Below are positions 61,442-64,000 of a DNA stretch of 64,000 bases, piece by piece. A program made the translations under genes and the position numbers. The notes under the pieces were generated by a model that saw nothing but the letters and a program-made list of their open reading frames with translations, was not told where the DNA came from and did no database searches. Positions within the stretch are counted from its first letter, which is position 1; every line of letters begins with the position of its first letter. Origin of the DNA: Hemiscyllium ocellatum (Eukaryota); NCBI RefSeq assembly GCF_020745735.1, contig NC_083412.1, positions 59,176,320 to 59,240,319 of the forward strand, in the 5' to 3' direction.

Positions 61442-64000
61442 CATTCAATGTTTATCTATGTGCTGGTGTCTGCCTGTTTATGGTATCTGAAGCTGGGTCC
61501 ACATTCTTGTGCATAAGAGATTAATCCTATGACAATCTAGAAAAAGTTAAAAATCTAGTGGAGATAGTGCTCTTAGATATTCCCCTTCCTTTCTTTTTGT
61601 GGCTCTATAACATGAGCTTGCATATATTTGCTTATTTACGCTAGTATTTTTCAATGTGCAGAAATAGAAAAAAAATTGCTATGCTTTCTTTATATTTTCT
61701 CATTTCATTTCTTGGTTCATTTTTCCAGCCATCAATCCTTACTGTAAACAAAGTATTAATCTATCTAAACCTATTCATCATGACAGGACTAGCATTTGTC
61801 TAAGAAATGAGGCATTAAATGAAGTACTGTGAGTACAGAATGTGTGGTAAATTGGACTGCCGCCTTTTGCAGACTGTGCTCTCTTTCAGATATCCATAAT
61901 GATACACCGCTAGAAACTGCTAGCAGGGATGATGTTGACGTGGGGAAATTAAAGGCATTGTTTTTAAAATTTGGAAATAATTGATCCATTTTATATTTCA
62001 AAATAATGTGAGGGATATCACAGGCGTCCTTGGAGTGGAAGCAAATACTACTGAACACCACTGACATTTATTAGATGAACTTCAGTATAGTGCAGCAACA
62101 TATTATTGATTAATGTATTCCTGATCCACTCAGCTCCATTAATCACTATGTATAGTAGGTTCATTGTGCTTCTCTACAGCCTGAGAGTGCCACACAAGGC
62201 TCTCTAAATCCTTTTGTCTGGAAGCTGTCGTCTGTATAGTTTCAGTCTATTTGCTTTGCTTGCCAGATCATGTACAATTTTGGGGAATACAGTCAGCAGC
62301 ACTCAGCTAATTTAAAGTGGATGACATGCTAGTGGCAGGTCAGTACTGTAATGTTTGTTTTCCAAAACTCTGAAATCAGCATTTTGTTTTGAACACTGCT
62401 GCTTAAAGCAACAATTTTTAAACACATATTGACTCCAGGCTTGGATGTCTTGAGGCACAAGGGGTTTGAACACCTTCGGCACATCCAGAATAAATGCTTC
62501 CGCCAAGGTTAATGAGAATAGAAGTCATTTAACTTAAATAATTATAATATGCAGCCATCCTAATCAGTCCATCTCTCAACTGCTGCTTTGGAGAGGATGC
62601 TATGAATCCTGTCACAATGGAATATAATATGTATCTGGGTCCATTTACAAGGAATAACAAAATTGCTGAGAATTCTTCATAGGTCCAGAATGTAATTCAG
62701 GTGAGCCCCATATGTGAAAATGGATAAGCTGAAACACATCCTCCCACCCAACTGTGCTGCCTGTCCACTATTCCTTTGAAACCAGGAGTCTGTGAACTCC
62801 TGTGTGGGAGTTCCTGTCTATGATCATATCCAGCCTTACAGCACACATCTTGTAGATGGTGGGTAGCAATTCTGCTGTCAACAAGGATCTGTAGAAGGTG
62901 TCATGCCTGGGCTCTGATCCTCACTGCAGAGCTTTCCTGAATTGTGTCTGAAGATATGGTAGAAGTGTGCCAGAACACCCATGGAATTTTGGCAGCAATG
63001 TCTATAAAATATTCCTAGACCTCCAGCCATCATTTCTGCAGTGTAGTTTTCGACATACTCTACAGTATACTGAAAGGGAGTGATTGCTGTTTTTAAACAT
63101 TATTCTAAAACCTTCTATTCCATACAGTGATTCATTTTCCAGGAATTGGTTTGCAAATGAAAGTGTTTTTGTTGTTTTAGTTCCTTTGCATGTTACCATG
63201 CAATCTGAGGAATTTACAATCTGCAAGTTATTTTTAAGTTACCAGCAGGAGTAACATAACAATTGGTATGGTAATATGTGAATGCTTTGATTAAATATTA
63301 ATGTGGTACAGATTCACACAATAAGGCTGCAAACACAGCAGCTTTTCGGATATAATGCGTGTTGTACATCACATTGATGGCCTCAATGAATATTGCAAAG
63401 CAAAAAAAAGTATCTTTGCAATATTATTCCAGTGAAAATTAAAATATGGACATCTTTCTCTGTTTCTCAGTCAGGTTTTGTAGCTATCATTGTCGCTGGG
63501 CCTAATGGGGTCACACTAAACCTCAGTATCTTCTAATATCTAGCTCACCACCGAATAATCTCTTTAATTCTTCTGTAGTAGAACAGCTATCAGTACGACT
63601 CAAACATCTCTCAGTTTGTTCACTGAATGGATAACATTTGAACTGTTCTTGTATAGTGTACTTAGTCTATGTATTTTGATGACGTATGATTATGAATTTC
63701 AGCCATTGCCCCGTCCAATGTTACCACAGTACCATCACTCTCATCCTACTAATCCACAATGTACCAAGATTCATTAATGAAATACTTTTTATTTATCAGG
63801 TTTTTAAAAATAACAAGATCTATTAAAGGTTTCATATGAGACAAAATTATCAATTTATTCATAGAACAAAACTTACTCAATGAACAAGAAATAATTGGTT
63901 GACATTTACCATCAGTAATATAACAGTATAAAAGCTTATCCCTTTAAATATTTGCAAAATGCACAGACACTTCTCAAGAAAAGGGAAAATAAACCATTCC

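Noticed and set aside
61885-61985. Possible exon after ctctctttcAG
   Set aside because: The phase-1 reading hits a stop after about 30 codons, has no Ig features, and no convincing donor was seen.

Overview
Eukaryotic (vertebrate) DNA. The repeat set (HE1/V-type tRNA SINEs, CR1 LINEs, Penelope-like elements) points to a shark or other elasmobranch; this is an inference. The window lies inside one large + strand gene, IGSF3 (EWI-3). Four internal phase-1 exons (21535-21942, 26775-27164, 30435-30836, 34340-34741) splice into one open frame of 534 codons encoding Ig-V domains 2-5. The exons for Ig1 and for Ig6 onward were not found, so the flanking introns appear to exceed 21 kb and 29 kb. Most of the rest is nested retroelement debris: many CR1 LINEs, a second CR1/L2-like LINE, several SINE families, solo LTRs, and at least four Penelope-like families. 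The main hidden signal is that the Penelope termini carry minimal type-I hammerhead ribozyme motifs, some in fold-back mini-elements. Also notable are a candidate intronic poly(A) site that could give secreted IGSF3, inverted repeat pairs flanking the Ig2 exon, and a 185-bp local inverted duplication. I do not see a convincing wholly new system. Exon, target-site-duplication (TSD) and ribozyme coordinates were counted directly; other repeat boundaries are approximate and family names are from recall, not a database search.
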